From the IMG/VR virus record IMGVR_UViG_3300037504_000674, positions 28,753 through 92,752 of that record: 64,000 nucleotides of DNA, one strand, 5' to 3'. A model generated the notes under the pieces. The model did not search any database. It saw only the letters and a list, made by a program, of their open reading frames with translations, and was not told the DNA's origin. This DNA comes from a virus. Below are positions 1-8,952 of the stretch, in pieces. How positions within the stretch are numbered: position 1 is the first letter of the stretch; each line of letters begins with the position of its first letter. A program made the position numbers and the translations under genes.

Positions 1-18
1 TGTAATCCCAATCCCGTT

Positions 19-495
19 TCAATTGTCCTCCTGTCTTAGTCTAAGGTACTCTAGTAGCCAAAGATCGAAACCGCCGCCCAGGTATTCTTGTATCACATCG
101 CGCGATCCACAGCGAGGGCACTGTTCGCCGCCGTTAAATAGGTGCATGCAATTACAGCATTCGTATATGCACCCTAAGCCCAAATATCGCTGGTAGATTT
201 TCTCTGGGTATGCGTATCCATACTTACTCGCCATGATTTGCAGGAGCTCCGCGATCCTGTCTGGAATACCTTGGTACTCATTGTGGCATCGCCTACACAC
301 AGACGCGCGGTTCTTGTCCGAGAAACAGAGCTCCATCTCTTCTTTGGTAGATGCAAACGCCGAGCGGGAAACGATCTCATGAGGGTCTACAGCGGGGGCG
401 TTACAGATGACGCACCTTCCATGATCGCGCTGGTATACCCGTCTCCGCGAATCATAGGTATCATACATATCAATTAAATCTTTTCTAATCCCCAT
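19..495 (-). CDS. HNH endonuclease with C-terminal zinc ribbon (terminase-adjacent)
   Basis: RD.GRCVIC...DPHEI...NRASVCRRCHN HNH signature; extra CCNC...CPRC; divergent from terminase. Confidence 0.75.
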   Translation of the reverse strand: MGIRKDLIDMYDTYDSRRRVYQRDHGRCVICNAPAVDPHEIVSRSAFASTKEEMELCFSDKNRASVCRRCHNEYQGIPDRIAELLQIMASKYGYAYPEKIYQRYLGLGCIYECCNCMHLFNGGEQCPRCGSRDVIQEYLGGGFDLWLLEYLRLRQEDN

Positions 496-502
496 ATAGC
501 AG

Positions 503-530
503 ATTGTATCACATCATTCTAGTTTGTCAA
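503..530 (-). promoter_or_regulatory. Sigma70-type promoter TTGACA-N16-TACAAT for the HNH gene (probably leaderless)
   Basis: Consensus hexamers; ATG at 495 lies 8 nt after the -10. Confidence 0.65.
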
Positions 531-537
531 GTTTAAG

Positions 538-572
538 TTAAGGTTGGGATACGTCTGAATTTGCGATAAAAT
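538..572 (+). promoter_or_regulatory. Putative late promoter TTAAGGTTG-N20-TAAAAT (terminase operon)
   Basis: Same motif and spacing at 3252, 6753 and 17089. Confidence 0.6.
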
Positions 573-579
573 GTTACCC

Positions 580-1176
580 ATGAGGAAACGCGAGCCATTA
601 CTAAAGAAAGATAAGTGCATATTAGCCGAGATGGTGGCGCGCAAGGGGATTATTTGCTCACCAGACGTCCTCATCATTGCCGATAACTGCAACGCAACCG
701 TTGAGTACGTTCACGACATCATCAATGCTTCCAACAACAAAGGCAAGGATATTAACCAGCGCGTCAACAAATCGCTCGCGCATGTTCCGCTAAACAGCGA
801 CGAGCGCATCATGGCATACGCCCAAGTGATGTTGGAAGACAAGCTGAATCGTAGAAGAATAAATGATTTACAGCTCACTGACCGCGACCCATTAGATATC
901 CTCGACTTCGCCAGGAAGCTGAGGCACCCAGAACGCGGAACCAACATCCAAATCAACAACGCAAATCAGCCACAGATGTTTGACTTTTCTGGATGGGATA
1001 CTGAGCAACTACAAAGGCTTGTCAGCAGAGTACAGTCAGCAATCGAAACTGGAAATATAGAGGCGGTAGATGCAGAATTCAGAGAGATCGAAGATTCTCT
1101 TGCAATTTTACCAGGACGCTCAAGCGACGCTGAACCAGAAGCTATATCAGAAGGCGCTCACCAGGCCGAAGAATGA
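580..1176 (+). CDS. Putative terminase small subunit
   Basis: Directly upstream of and overlapping TerL; TerS-like tail (NIQINN...DFSGWDTEQL); start 580 preferred because 571 lies inside the -10. Confidence 0.55.
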   Translation: MRKREPLLKKDKCILAEMVARKGIICSPDVLIIADNCNATVEYVHDIINASNNKGKDINQRVNKSLAHVPLNSDERIMAYAQVMLEDKLNRRRINDLQLTDRDPLDILDFARKLRHPERGTNIQINNANQPQMFDFSGWDTEQLQRLVSRVQSAIETGNIEAVDAEFREIEDSLAILPGRSSDAEPEAISEGAHQAEE

Positions 1177-2722
1177 TGACGAGTTATGGGAGTGGATACG
1201 GGATGCGTTAGGATTCAAGATGTCTCGCCACACCACGCACCCAGAGCATAAAACGCTATTCCAATTTATCGCCGATGCGTTTTTCGAGCGCGAGCCGATA
1301 CTACTAGCTAGAGGTAATCGGGGCGGCGGGAAAACGCGCGGCTACTCGATTTTCGAGACTGCCACCACAGTCTTCAAAGACCATTCATTCACTGTGCATG
1401 TAGGAGGTTCTGAGGGGCAAGCGAAGGACGGGTACGCATACTACGCAGGATCAAAAGCCAGGGATGGTGAGGACGGATTGATTCGCAAGCCATACTTCGC
1501 GAACCTACTAGACGAGGAGCCTATGGTGAGCAGAACAGTGCTCACCAACGGGGCTAAGCTAGAGATTCGAACTGGCGGCTCCGAGCGCGCTGTTTCGGGA
1601 CCGCACCCTCAAATTCTGGCGGTAGATGAGGTTGATCATATTGACCCGCAGACGCTCGCCACAGCCATGGAGATGCCCATGGATGGTCATGGATACAAGG
1701 CAACTACCCTTCTTGCGTCTAGTCAATACCACTCTTCCGGGACCATGCAGTCGTTTATCGATACGGCTGAAGAGCGGAATCTACCAGTGTATCAATTTGA
1801 CATCTTTGATACCATGCAGCCGTGCGGAAGAGAATACCCATCGGAATGCGGTGACTGCCCCCTACAATACTGGGTCAATCCATACACGAACAATCACGAG
1901 GAATTATGCACCGGGCGCGGGTCAAGAGCCGATGGGCACTACCCGTACACCAATGTAGTGAGTAAGTTCGTAAACGCAATTGACCCAGAGAAATGGGCTT
2001 TGCAAAACTTGCTTCTCAACGATCGCCAGCAGGGCCTGGTGTACCCGCAATACGATTCTGGGAACCAGCAATCGTTCCCGCCAAGCGGCGCCGATCTAAC
2101 GAAGTGGACCTGCTTTGCGGGTATCGACCAGCGGGGTAGAGGCAGAATTGTAGTTCTTGCTCAGGGGCCAGACGAATACTCTAATGGCAAAAAGCCAACT
2201 TGGGCCATAGCGGAATGGGCTGATGATAACAACACGCCCAGCAAGCTAATCCAAGCCGCAAAAGATATGTCGAGGCGCATTGTTGAAGAGTTCGGGTTAC
2301 ATATATCTGCGTTTTGGTCCGAGAGGGCAGCGGCGGACTTGATTAAAGACTGGCCCGCAGATATGGGCTGCTCAATCATTCCTAAGGAAGTGGCTAACGT
2401 GGCCTACGGCATTGGCGTGGTGAGGGACGCATTCAGGGATAACACCATGACACGCTCGTTATTCATTGATACCGAACGCTGCCCGAAATTACACCGGGCT
2501 ATAGCTAAAAAATACAAGTGCAAGCGTAATGCAGACGGATCATACAACCGAGATAGACCCGGCAAATCCGGCGAGGATTTCGCTGACACTCTCAGGTACG
2601 CCTATGTGGGTGGCGCAGGCAGATCGTATTTCCATCTACCAGAACCTGTCATATTGGGACCTCCGAGAGGCGCGTTCGGTAATCAAGAACGACATACGCA
2701 AAACAAATGGCGACCGTATTAA
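1070..2722 (+). CDS. terL: Terminase large subunit
   Basis: Walker A GNRGGGKT, Walker B ILAVDEVD, nuclease motifs AGID and EDFADTLRY; Cys-rich insert CGREYPSECGDCP. Confidence 0.9.
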   Translation: MQNSERSKILLQFYQDAQATLNQKLYQKALTRPKNDDELWEWIRDALGFKMSRHTTHPEHKTLFQFIADAFFEREPILLARGNRGGGKTRGYSIFETATTVFKDHSFTVHVGGSEGQAKDGYAYYAGSKARDGEDGLIRKPYFANLLDEEPMVSRTVLTNGAKLEIRTGGSERAVSGPHPQILAVDEVDHIDPQTLATAMEMPMDGHGYKATTLLASSQYHSSGTMQSFIDTAEERNLPVYQFDIFDTMQPCGREYPSECGDCPLQYWVNPYTNNHEELCTGRGSRADGHYPYTNVVSKFVNAIDPEKWALQNLLLNDRQQGLVYPQYDSGNQQSFPPSGADLTKWTCFAGIDQRGRGRIVVLAQGPDEYSNGKKPTWAIAEWADDNNTPSKLIQAAKDMSRRIVEEFGLHISAFWSERAAADLIKDWPADMGCSIIPKEVANVAYGIGVVRDAFRDNTMTRSLFIDTERCPKLHRAIAKKYKCKRNADGSYNRDRPGKSGEDFADTLRYAYVGGAGRSYFHLPEPVILGPPRGAFGNQERHTQNKWRPY

Positions 2723-2723
2723 G

Positions 2724-3125
2724 TCACCTCGCGTCCCGGTTCAGTCTAGATGCAGTCACGTACTTTAAAATATCAACCCTAATACCTCTACCCACTGTAC
2801 CCCAGGCAACCGCAGACTCGTAATCAATTTCGGCCACGATACCATTACGCACCATCCAATCATAACCGCCATCCTGAATACCAGCGCAATCAACGACTAG
2901 CATGGTCCTGCATGGCAGCGTGCTATCGTGCGGGCACACCAGCACCACATCCCCAATTAGATCGGGCTCCAGTAGCGCAATGCGCCCGTCTGCTTCAGGG
3001 AGCTCTTGTGGTAGCGAGTGGTTTGTCCGCCCAGGGGTTTGCCTGACGCGGATCACCTCTTCCATTTTCCCAGGGGCATACTGAGATGCCCACCCAGATA
3101 GAATTAGAATCAGTATCACGCGCAT
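2724..3125 (-). CDS. Secreted RlpA/3D-like double-psi beta-barrel protein (possible muralytic activity)
   Basis: Hydrophobic N-terminus, G-x-ASxY start, V-V-D-C motif and ID-x-x-x-A end typical of DPBB proteins. Confidence 0.5.
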   Translation of the reverse strand: MRVILILILSGWASQYAPGKMEEVIRVRQTPGRTNHSLPQELPEADGRIALLEPDLIGDVVLVCPHDSTLPCRTMLVVDCAGIQDGGYDWMVRNGIVAEIDYESAVAWGTVGRGIRVDILKYVTASRLNRDAR

Positions 3126-3129
3126 GGCA

Positions 3130-3237
3130 TTACGGTAGTGTCGATAGCGACTGCATCATGACGAATAGTGCTACCACAGCCAAACATGACAGCGCAACGC
3201 CTAATGCAAACACCAGAACTTTCTGACTTTCACTCAT
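3130..3237 (-). CDS. Small single-TM protein (35 aa, MSESQKVLVFALGVALSCLAVVALFVMMQSLSTLP)
   Basis: Read manually; GGAGG RBS; downstream of the promoter at 3277-3304. Confidence 0.55.
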   Translation of the reverse strand: MSESQKVLVFALGVALSCLAVVALFVMMQSLSTLP

Positions 3238-3251
3238 GATTCGCCTCCAGG

Positions 3252-3286
3252 TTAAGGTTGGTTATCGTCTGATATTAGTCTACACT
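3252..3286 (+). promoter_or_regulatory. Putative late promoter TTAAGGTTG-N20-TACACT (holin/portal operon)
   Basis: Repeated motif with fixed spacing. Confidence 0.6.
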
Positions 3287-3304
3287 AATTACGCCAAAAG
3301 TCAA
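3277..3304 (-). promoter_or_regulatory. Sigma70-type promoter TTGACT-N16-TAGACT
   Basis: Upstream of the two - strand genes; its -10 overlaps the late promoter -10. Confidence 0.5.
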
Positions 3305-3323
3305 GCGACCAAAGGAGAAAAGA

Positions 3324-3620
3324 ATGGACACTCTGTTCGTAGCAGAAGCTGTAGCGGCGGCACTGTTTCTCGCCGTCGTTAACAAGACAATTGTTGACGC
3401 GCTCGCCAATCCGGTGCGCCAGAGGTACCCAGATTTGGATATGTGGTGGCTATTTTACGTGGCGCTCTTTACCGGATTTGCAATCGGGTGGTTCTCGGAT
3501 ATCAACGTTTTCCCAGAAGAAATCATGTCCAACATTCTTGTGGGGAAGATACTCACCTCCCTCTTGATTGGTGGTGGTTCTTCGCTGATCCACGACATCT
3601 TTGATAGCCAAGAAGCATAG
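3324..3620 (+). CDS. Putative holin (98 aa, ~3 TM)
   Basis: Three hydrophobic segments; C-terminal ILTSLLIGGGSSLIHDIF resembles phage holin families. Confidence 0.6.
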   Translation: MDTLFVAEAVAAALFLAVVNKTIVDALANPVRQRYPDLDMWWLFYVALFTGFAIGWFSDINVFPEEIMSNILVGKILTSLLIGGGSSLIHDIFDSQEA

Positions 3621-3623
3621 CTG

Positions 3624-3974
3624 ATGTCTGTCCCCAAGAAATACAGCCACATCGATTTCACCCCGCCAGCAGGGGCGCGCAAGGCAGCTAAGCGCGCCCT
3701 AGCCTGGCGTGAGGAATACGGGCGTGGCGGAACAGATGTAGGAGTCGCTCGTGCCAGAGATATCTCAAATGGAGAGCGCCTAAGCCCCGATACTGTTATG
3801 CGCATGCATCAATTCTTCGCTCGTCATGGCAACCACCACGCAAAGCACTACAAGATAAAGAACGGCGAACCTTCCACTTGGCGCATAGCGTGGGACCTAT
3901 GGGGAGGAGATGACGGGCGCTCATGGGCAAATAAGATCGTCAAGCAAATGTACGCCGCTGATGAGAAGGAGTAG
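3624..3974 (+). CDS. Conserved phage head-region protein (GGT.VG..RA...AW.LWGG motif)
   Basis: Motif recalled from domains next to or fused with portal/protease genes. Confidence 0.55.
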   Translation: MSVPKKYSHIDFTPPAGARKAAKRALAWREEYGRGGTDVGVARARDISNGERLSPDTVMRMHQFFARHGNHHAKHYKIKNGEPSTWRIAWDLWGGDDGRSWANKIVKQMYAADEKE

Positions 3975-3977
3975 CAA

Positions 3978-5984
3978 TTGACTGAATATGGTGTAACCGG
4001 GCTCAATCAATACGCCGGTATGGTATCAGAGTCTTGGATACCATCGCTGCGTACCAGCAGGCAGAAGATTCGCATTTACGACGAGATGTCACGCATTTAC
4101 CCAGTGGGGTCCGCCATGATGCGCACGACATCCATGTTCATGCAGGGCGCCGAAGTTCGTATAAAACCTGCTGGCGAAGAGCAAGCAGACTATGATAATG
4201 CAGACTTCATTAACGATAACATCCACACAATGTACAAAGATTTCTCGGATATCATGTCTGACATCGTAAATTTTGTGGCGTATGGCTGGTTCGACTGCGA
4301 GCTAGTATATGAGCACGGGGATGATGGAAGGATTAGATGGAAAAAGTGGGCACCGCGTCACCCGACGACACTCGATAGGTGGGATATCGGACCTCACGGC
4401 GATCTTCGCGGGATGTGGCAGCAATGGCTCAATCAGAAAGCGTACATACCAATAGAAAAGCTCATACATTTTACCACAACCGGTGCTGGCAAGAATAACC
4501 CAGAAGGCACCAGCGTATTCGAGGGCGGTTACACCAGCTGGTTCTACTCAAAGAACTTATCGATCCTAGAAGCTGTTGTGTGTGAGCGGTTAAGCGGGAC
4601 CCCCACGATGAAGATGCCACCCAACGTTGACCTCACAGAATCCGGCGATAATTCTGACATCGGTAGAGCGAAACGGATAGTCCGCAACATCAAGACTGGC
4701 GACGATATGGGCCTCACGCTACCAGACGGATGGAATTTTGAGTACACCATGCCGTCGCACGGACCGGCAATTGATATCAGCGAGGTCATCCTGCGCCACG
4801 ACCGGGCATTTGCTCGCACGCTGCTAATGGATTTTATCATGCTGGGGGCCAAAGAGACCGGCTCGTTTGCAATGATCAAGGACAAGTCCTCAATGTATGT
4901 GATCGCGCTCAACACATACCTGTCCAAAATAGCAGGCGCGATTAACAACCAGGCTATTCCGCGCCTTTTTGAACTGAATGCAATGCCGCGCGGGTCAGGC
5001 CTCCCCACTCTTTACTTCGATAAGATCAGCAAGGTAGATATTGGCGATTACTCGACGATGATCAGCAATTTGTTCAACGCCGGCGCCGTCACGTACAGCC
5101 TTGATACCGAAAATCAAATCCGCCGCGTTGTTGGTCTAGAGCAAATAAGGGAACCTGGCATGATGCTAAAGCCTAACCTGCCAGCGCAAGCTAACCCTGA
5201 AGACGGCAAAGAGGTAGGCGAGACTAAAATCCCCAAGTCGCAAGCCGCTTACACGGACGCAGAAACAGCCGAGGAAATGGAAGAGATGGCGGACCGCGTA
5301 GGCATGCAGCTTGTTCGCGCCTACGACAAAGCCGCCAAGGGCTTGCGCGACGACATCAAGACAGACAACGAGGAAGAATGGGAAGGCATCGTTGATTTTT
5401 ACTTGTCTGATATCTCCGAAGCTCTCAAGGACCGGCTGAGCAGGTCATTTTTCAGCATGTGGAAGGAAGCGGTTGGCGATCGGCCCGGCGTTGAAGGCCT
5501 GCGGGCTATTGTTATGTACTTATCAGAGCAGGCCGACTACATCGATGATAGCTTGCTGCCCGGCATACGCTCAAAGATACTTGAGAGCGCGCGCAACGCG
5601 AGAGACGAAGGTGTTACCCCGGCGTTCTTCTCCATGGCCATATCTGCCGCTATCGACGAGTTCAGGTATCGCGTTTCTCAATACGCCGGTAGCGTATACT
5701 CGTTGTTCGCCAACCACGCAGGCGCTCAAGCCGCCAAGAAAAAAGCTGATTCCATCTGGTCTACTCATGGACTAAGCGTAAACTGGGACACCGGCAAACT
5801 TGTCGGGGACGGCTTACTCGCGCGCTACAGCGGCCCGGAAGACGAGCGCAACTGCCGTGGCTGCGATCACAATCTTGATCTTGGATGGACCAACCCTGAA
5901 AACCTAACCCCGATTGGGCAGAATGAATGCCTGCATAACTGTCGGCACTTCATAGAGTACAAATATCGTGGGAGGATTTTGTGA
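3978..5984 (+). CDS. Portal protein (Mu gp29/DUF935-like) with C-terminal head-morphogenesis-like extension
   Basis: YGWFDCELVY, NPEG.S, GSFA, IPRLFELN portal motifs; C-terminal CxxC...C.HNCRH. Confidence 0.85.
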   Translation: MTEYGVTGLNQYAGMVSESWIPSLRTSRQKIRIYDEMSRIYPVGSAMMRTTSMFMQGAEVRIKPAGEEQADYDNADFINDNIHTMYKDFSDIMSDIVNFVAYGWFDCELVYEHGDDGRIRWKKWAPRHPTTLDRWDIGPHGDLRGMWQQWLNQKAYIPIEKLIHFTTTGAGKNNPEGTSVFEGGYTSWFYSKNLSILEAVVCERLSGTPTMKMPPNVDLTESGDNSDIGRAKRIVRNIKTGDDMGLTLPDGWNFEYTMPSHGPAIDISEVILRHDRAFARTLLMDFIMLGAKETGSFAMIKDKSSMYVIALNTYLSKIAGAINNQAIPRLFELNAMPRGSGLPTLYFDKISKVDIGDYSTMISNLFNAGAVTYSLDTENQIRRVVGLEQIREPGMMLKPNLPAQANPEDGKEVGETKIPKSQAAYTDAETAEEMEEMADRVGMQLVRAYDKAAKGLRDDIKTDNEEEWEGIVDFYLSDISEALKDRLSRSFFSMWKEAVGDRPGVEGLRAIVMYLSEQADYIDDSLLPGIRSKILESARNARDEGVTPAFFSMAISAAIDEFRYRVSQYAGSVYSLFANHAGAQAAKKKADSIWSTHGLSVNWDTGKLVGDGLLARYSGPEDERNCRGCDHNLDLGWTNPENLTPIGQNECLHNCRHFIEYKYRGRIL

Positions 5985-6057
5985 GCGACCACGACCTGAA
6001 ACAGTGCGTAGGATTGTTAATCACGTTCGTATTTGTGATACTGGCAGTGCTCTTTTT

Positions 6058-6567
6058 ATGAGAGTAGGCCTAGAGCTTGATGGTGTCGTATGTGATATTG
6101 TGAGGGCGGCAGAAGAAGCATGGGGTAAGCCAGATGTTCCATGTGCATATTCACTAGAAGAGATGTACCCGATGGTGTCATCTGATAATTTATCGCTCTG
6201 GCGATCATCAAATAGCACCTACCGGCGCATGCACCCAGTACCACATGCTTGCGAGTCATTGGTATCACTATCCGACAACCATCACATTGTAGTAATCACC
6301 AGTAGACCCAAGCACCTCAGCAAGGTGACACAAGACTGGTTAAAACTTCACGGACTTGATTTTGTCAGAGTAATTCACACATACAGCAAAGATGCTCAAG
6401 TTGTCACCTCAAGAATCGACGTGTTCATTGAATCGCTGGCTGACGTGGCTAATGCTATCAGCGATGTGTGTGACGTTTATCTGTTCAACCAACCATATAA
6501 CGCCGGTCGCACAGTGCAGGCAAAGCGCGTTGGCGACTGGAAACAATTGGTAAAGGAGTTAACGTGA
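6058..6567 (+). CDS. 5'(3')-deoxyribonucleotidase-like HAD protein (NT5C family)
   Basis: RVGLELDGVVCD, ITSR, T.DWL..H, FIES, QPYN...RV.DW. Confidence 0.7.
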   Translation: MRVGLELDGVVCDIVRAAEEAWGKPDVPCAYSLEEMYPMVSSDNLSLWRSSNSTYRRMHPVPHACESLVSLSDNHHIVVITSRPKHLSKVTQDWLKLHGLDFVRVIHTYSKDAQVVTSRIDVFIESLADVANAISDVCDVYLFNQPYNAGRTVQAKRVGDWKQLVKELT

Positions 6568-6776
6568 AACCCGCAAGTGCAGAAGAGATGCGCAAGATGC
6601 TAGTTAGATACTACCCGCTTATGACATGGCTAGAAAGCCAATGTGGATACGGCACATATATTCTGAAGGTGCATGGCAAAAGACCAGTTAAGATTTGGGA
6701 GGTACTGGCAGAGGAAAACCTTGAGCCCGACGATGAGCGAGCCGTACAATTTTTAAGGTTGTCTTCAGACTTATAA
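6564..6776 (+). CDS. Hypothetical protein
   Basis: AAGGAG RBS; GTGA overlap with the upstream stop. Confidence 0.5.
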   Translation: MKPASAEEMRKMLVRYYPLMTWLESQCGYGTYILKVHGKRPVKIWEVLAEENLEPDDERAVQFLRLSSDL

Positions 6777-6787
6777 AACAATATGAT
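6753..6787 (+). promoter_or_regulatory. Putative late promoter TTAAGGTTG-N20-TATGAT (protease/capsid operon)
   Basis: Repeated motif with fixed spacing. Confidence 0.6.
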
Positions 6788-6796
6788 TGAGGTAAG

Positions 6797-8548
6797 ATGC
6801 CATATAAAAGAATAACAGAGCTACCAAAAGATATACAAGATAATCTACCAAAACGTGCCCAAGAGGTCTTCCTGAGCGCTCTCAACAACTCGATCGAGAA
6901 TGGCGACCTTGAAGAAACTGCATTCAAAAAGGCATGGGCTGCCGTCAAGCGCGGCTATGAGAAAAAGGGCGACGAGTGGGTGAAAATGCAAGACGAGACA
7001 ACTTTCCTAATCCCGTTTGGTGAAGAGGATGACGATGGGTATCGTTTATACTTCCCGATCGCAACAGTTTACCACCATGGGAGAAAGGTGGATTTCACGC
7101 ACGATCGTGCCAAGCAAATGGTTGCTAACTTCCGAAACGACGTACCTTCATATAAAAAACCAATCAGCGTACTACACGACGATAGCCATGGCATTTTCGG
7201 CTACATAGATGATATGAAGCTGTCCGACAAGGGAGTAATGTGGAGACCAAGCTGGCGAGACGGCAAATTCGATGAAGTAAAAGAAAAAGGCTATCGCTAT
7301 ATGTCGCCAGAGGTGTGGTTCGACGGTTATCAGGAAACATACACTGGTGACACATATGATAACGTTGCCCTTGCAGCAAGCATGGTAGCCAGGCCGCGAC
7401 TTGGAGCAAGTACGCTGGTGTTTTCTGACGATAGCGGATGGGGGAAGTACATGGAAGACGATGTTGTCAGAGGTGTGCTGAACAGGCTTGACACGATACG
7501 CGACCTGCTTGGCAGAGACAATATCAACGAAGACACAAAAAAAGAGGTCGTCGGGTTGCTAGAGTCAAGCATGGACGCAGTGAGAAAGATGATGAAATCT
7601 GACGATCTCGACGACGATCAGGGGTGGCTACGCTCGGTCATCACTGGGCTATTCAGGGACCTAGATAAGCTACGTGAGCAGCAAAAAGAGCGCTCGGAAA
7701 AATACGGGATTGCTACACAAGAAAACGGCCATCTCACCAAGCCGAAGGAATGGGAGGATGTCCCGGAATCTCAATGGGCAGACCCGGTCAACTGGAAATA
7801 TCCTGTTCATGATGAGAAGCGTGTGCGAGCGGCGGCGTCATATTTTGCACGCTACAAAGACGAATATGACCCAGAGTCTCGTGAAGTAGTAGCTGAAAGA
7901 ATTCGTAAGGCGAAGGAAAAATTTGGAGTAGGTCAGGAGGAAGATATGTCGGAAAACGTAGTGCAGGAGGATACTGTAAAGCGTGGCCTCGCAGCTTTTT
8001 TTGCGCAATTCAGCAATAATGACGAAGAAGGGGAGACGGAGGAGCAAGACTTTTCTGAGGAATTGCAAGAGAAAAATGCTCAGATCGCCAAGATGCAAGA
8101 AGAGCAGGAAGAACTCGAAGCGAGGTTAAGGAAGTTCGAGGAGGCCAAGAAGGAAGCGGAGCGCATGGCATTCGAGGAGCGTCAAGCCAAGCGGCGCATG
8201 GAGTTCGCAGATCAGGTAAAGCAGCTTGCGGGCGTGCAAGAGGATTTTGCAGATCATCTAATGTGGCTTGAGGACGCAGATGACACTGATGACCAGGGGC
8301 ACTACAGTGCAATTCTTGACGCTATCAAGGCACTGGGCAACCAGCAGGAAAACGCGAACCTATTCTCGGAGGCTGGCAGCGATGTAAGTGGCACTATGTC
8401 CGCAGAGGACAAGTTCCAGGCCGTCGTAGACGAGAAGGTTGAACAGGGAATGGATTACGGGGAAGCTGTAACAGCGGCGGCCCGCGAGAACCCAGAACTC
8501 TACAGAAAGTATGACGCGGCTGTAACTCAGACCGCAAGTGAGGAATAA
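6797..8548 (+). CDS. ChaB domain + Mu I-like prohead protease + DUF6582-like domain + coiled-coil scaffold
   Basis: MPY....LP......LP..AQ..F..A.N...AWAAVK (ChaB); H, YRYMSPE, RPRL (Mu-type protease); WADPVNWKYPVHD..RVRAA.SYF; acidic coiled-coil C-terminus. Confidence 0.85.
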   Translation: MPYKRITELPKDIQDNLPKRAQEVFLSALNNSIENGDLEETAFKKAWAAVKRGYEKKGDEWVKMQDETTFLIPFGEEDDDGYRLYFPIATVYHHGRKVDFTHDRAKQMVANFRNDVPSYKKPISVLHDDSHGIFGYIDDMKLSDKGVMWRPSWRDGKFDEVKEKGYRYMSPEVWFDGYQETYTGDTYDNVALAASMVARPRLGASTLVFSDDSGWGKYMEDDVVRGVLNRLDTIRDLLGRDNINEDTKKEVVGLLESSMDAVRKMMKSDDLDDDQGWLRSVITGLFRDLDKLREQQKERSEKYGIATQENGHLTKPKEWEDVPESQWADPVNWKYPVHDEKRVRAAASYFARYKDEYDPESREVVAERIRKAKEKFGVGQEEDMSENVVQEDTVKRGLAAFFAQFSNNDEEGETEEQDFSEELQEKNAQIAKMQEEQEELEARLRKFEEAKKEAERMAFEERQAKRRMEFADQVKQLAGVQEDFADHLMWLEDADDTDDQGHYSAILDAIKALGNQQENANLFSEAGSDVSGTMSAEDKFQAVVDEKVEQGMDYGEAVTAAARENPELYRKYDAAVTQTASEE

Positions 8549-8550
8549 CA

Positions 8551-8937
8551 ATGGCTAAGCAATACGAGGGATTTGACGTACCATTCACAGCCAAGGATGA
8601 TATGAGCAGCAAGCAATACTACTTCGTCCAAGTGGACGGCACCACAGATGATCAAGTAGACGTTTGCTCTGCCATCACAGACGTTATCCTTGGTATCACG
8701 CAAACTACCGGGACAACCGGCGCTGGCGTATCCGTTCGCGTCACTGGCCACAGCCAGCTTACGATGGGCGAGTCAGTGAATGCGGGTAGCTTGATCGGCA
8801 CTGACACTTCTGGTCGCGGCGTTGCGATAACGGCGGGATCGGACACTACTCAGTACGTGGCTGCACGCTGTGTAAAGGGCGCGGACACCAACGAGTTGGG
8901 CGAAGTTGTGCTAACACTCGGCGGGCGCGCCGCTTAA
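8551..8937 (+). CDS. Capsid cement/decoration protein (DUF2190-like)
   Basis: Small Gly/Thr/Val-rich protein between scaffold and capsid genes. Confidence 0.7.
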   Translation: MAKQYEGFDVPFTAKDDMSSKQYYFVQVDGTTDDQVDVCSAITDVILGITQTTGTTGAGVSVRVTGHSQLTMGESVNAGSLIGTDTSGRGVAITAGSDTTQYVAARCVKGADTNELGEVVLTLGGRAA

Positions 8938-8952
8938 TGAGGAGAGATAAAC

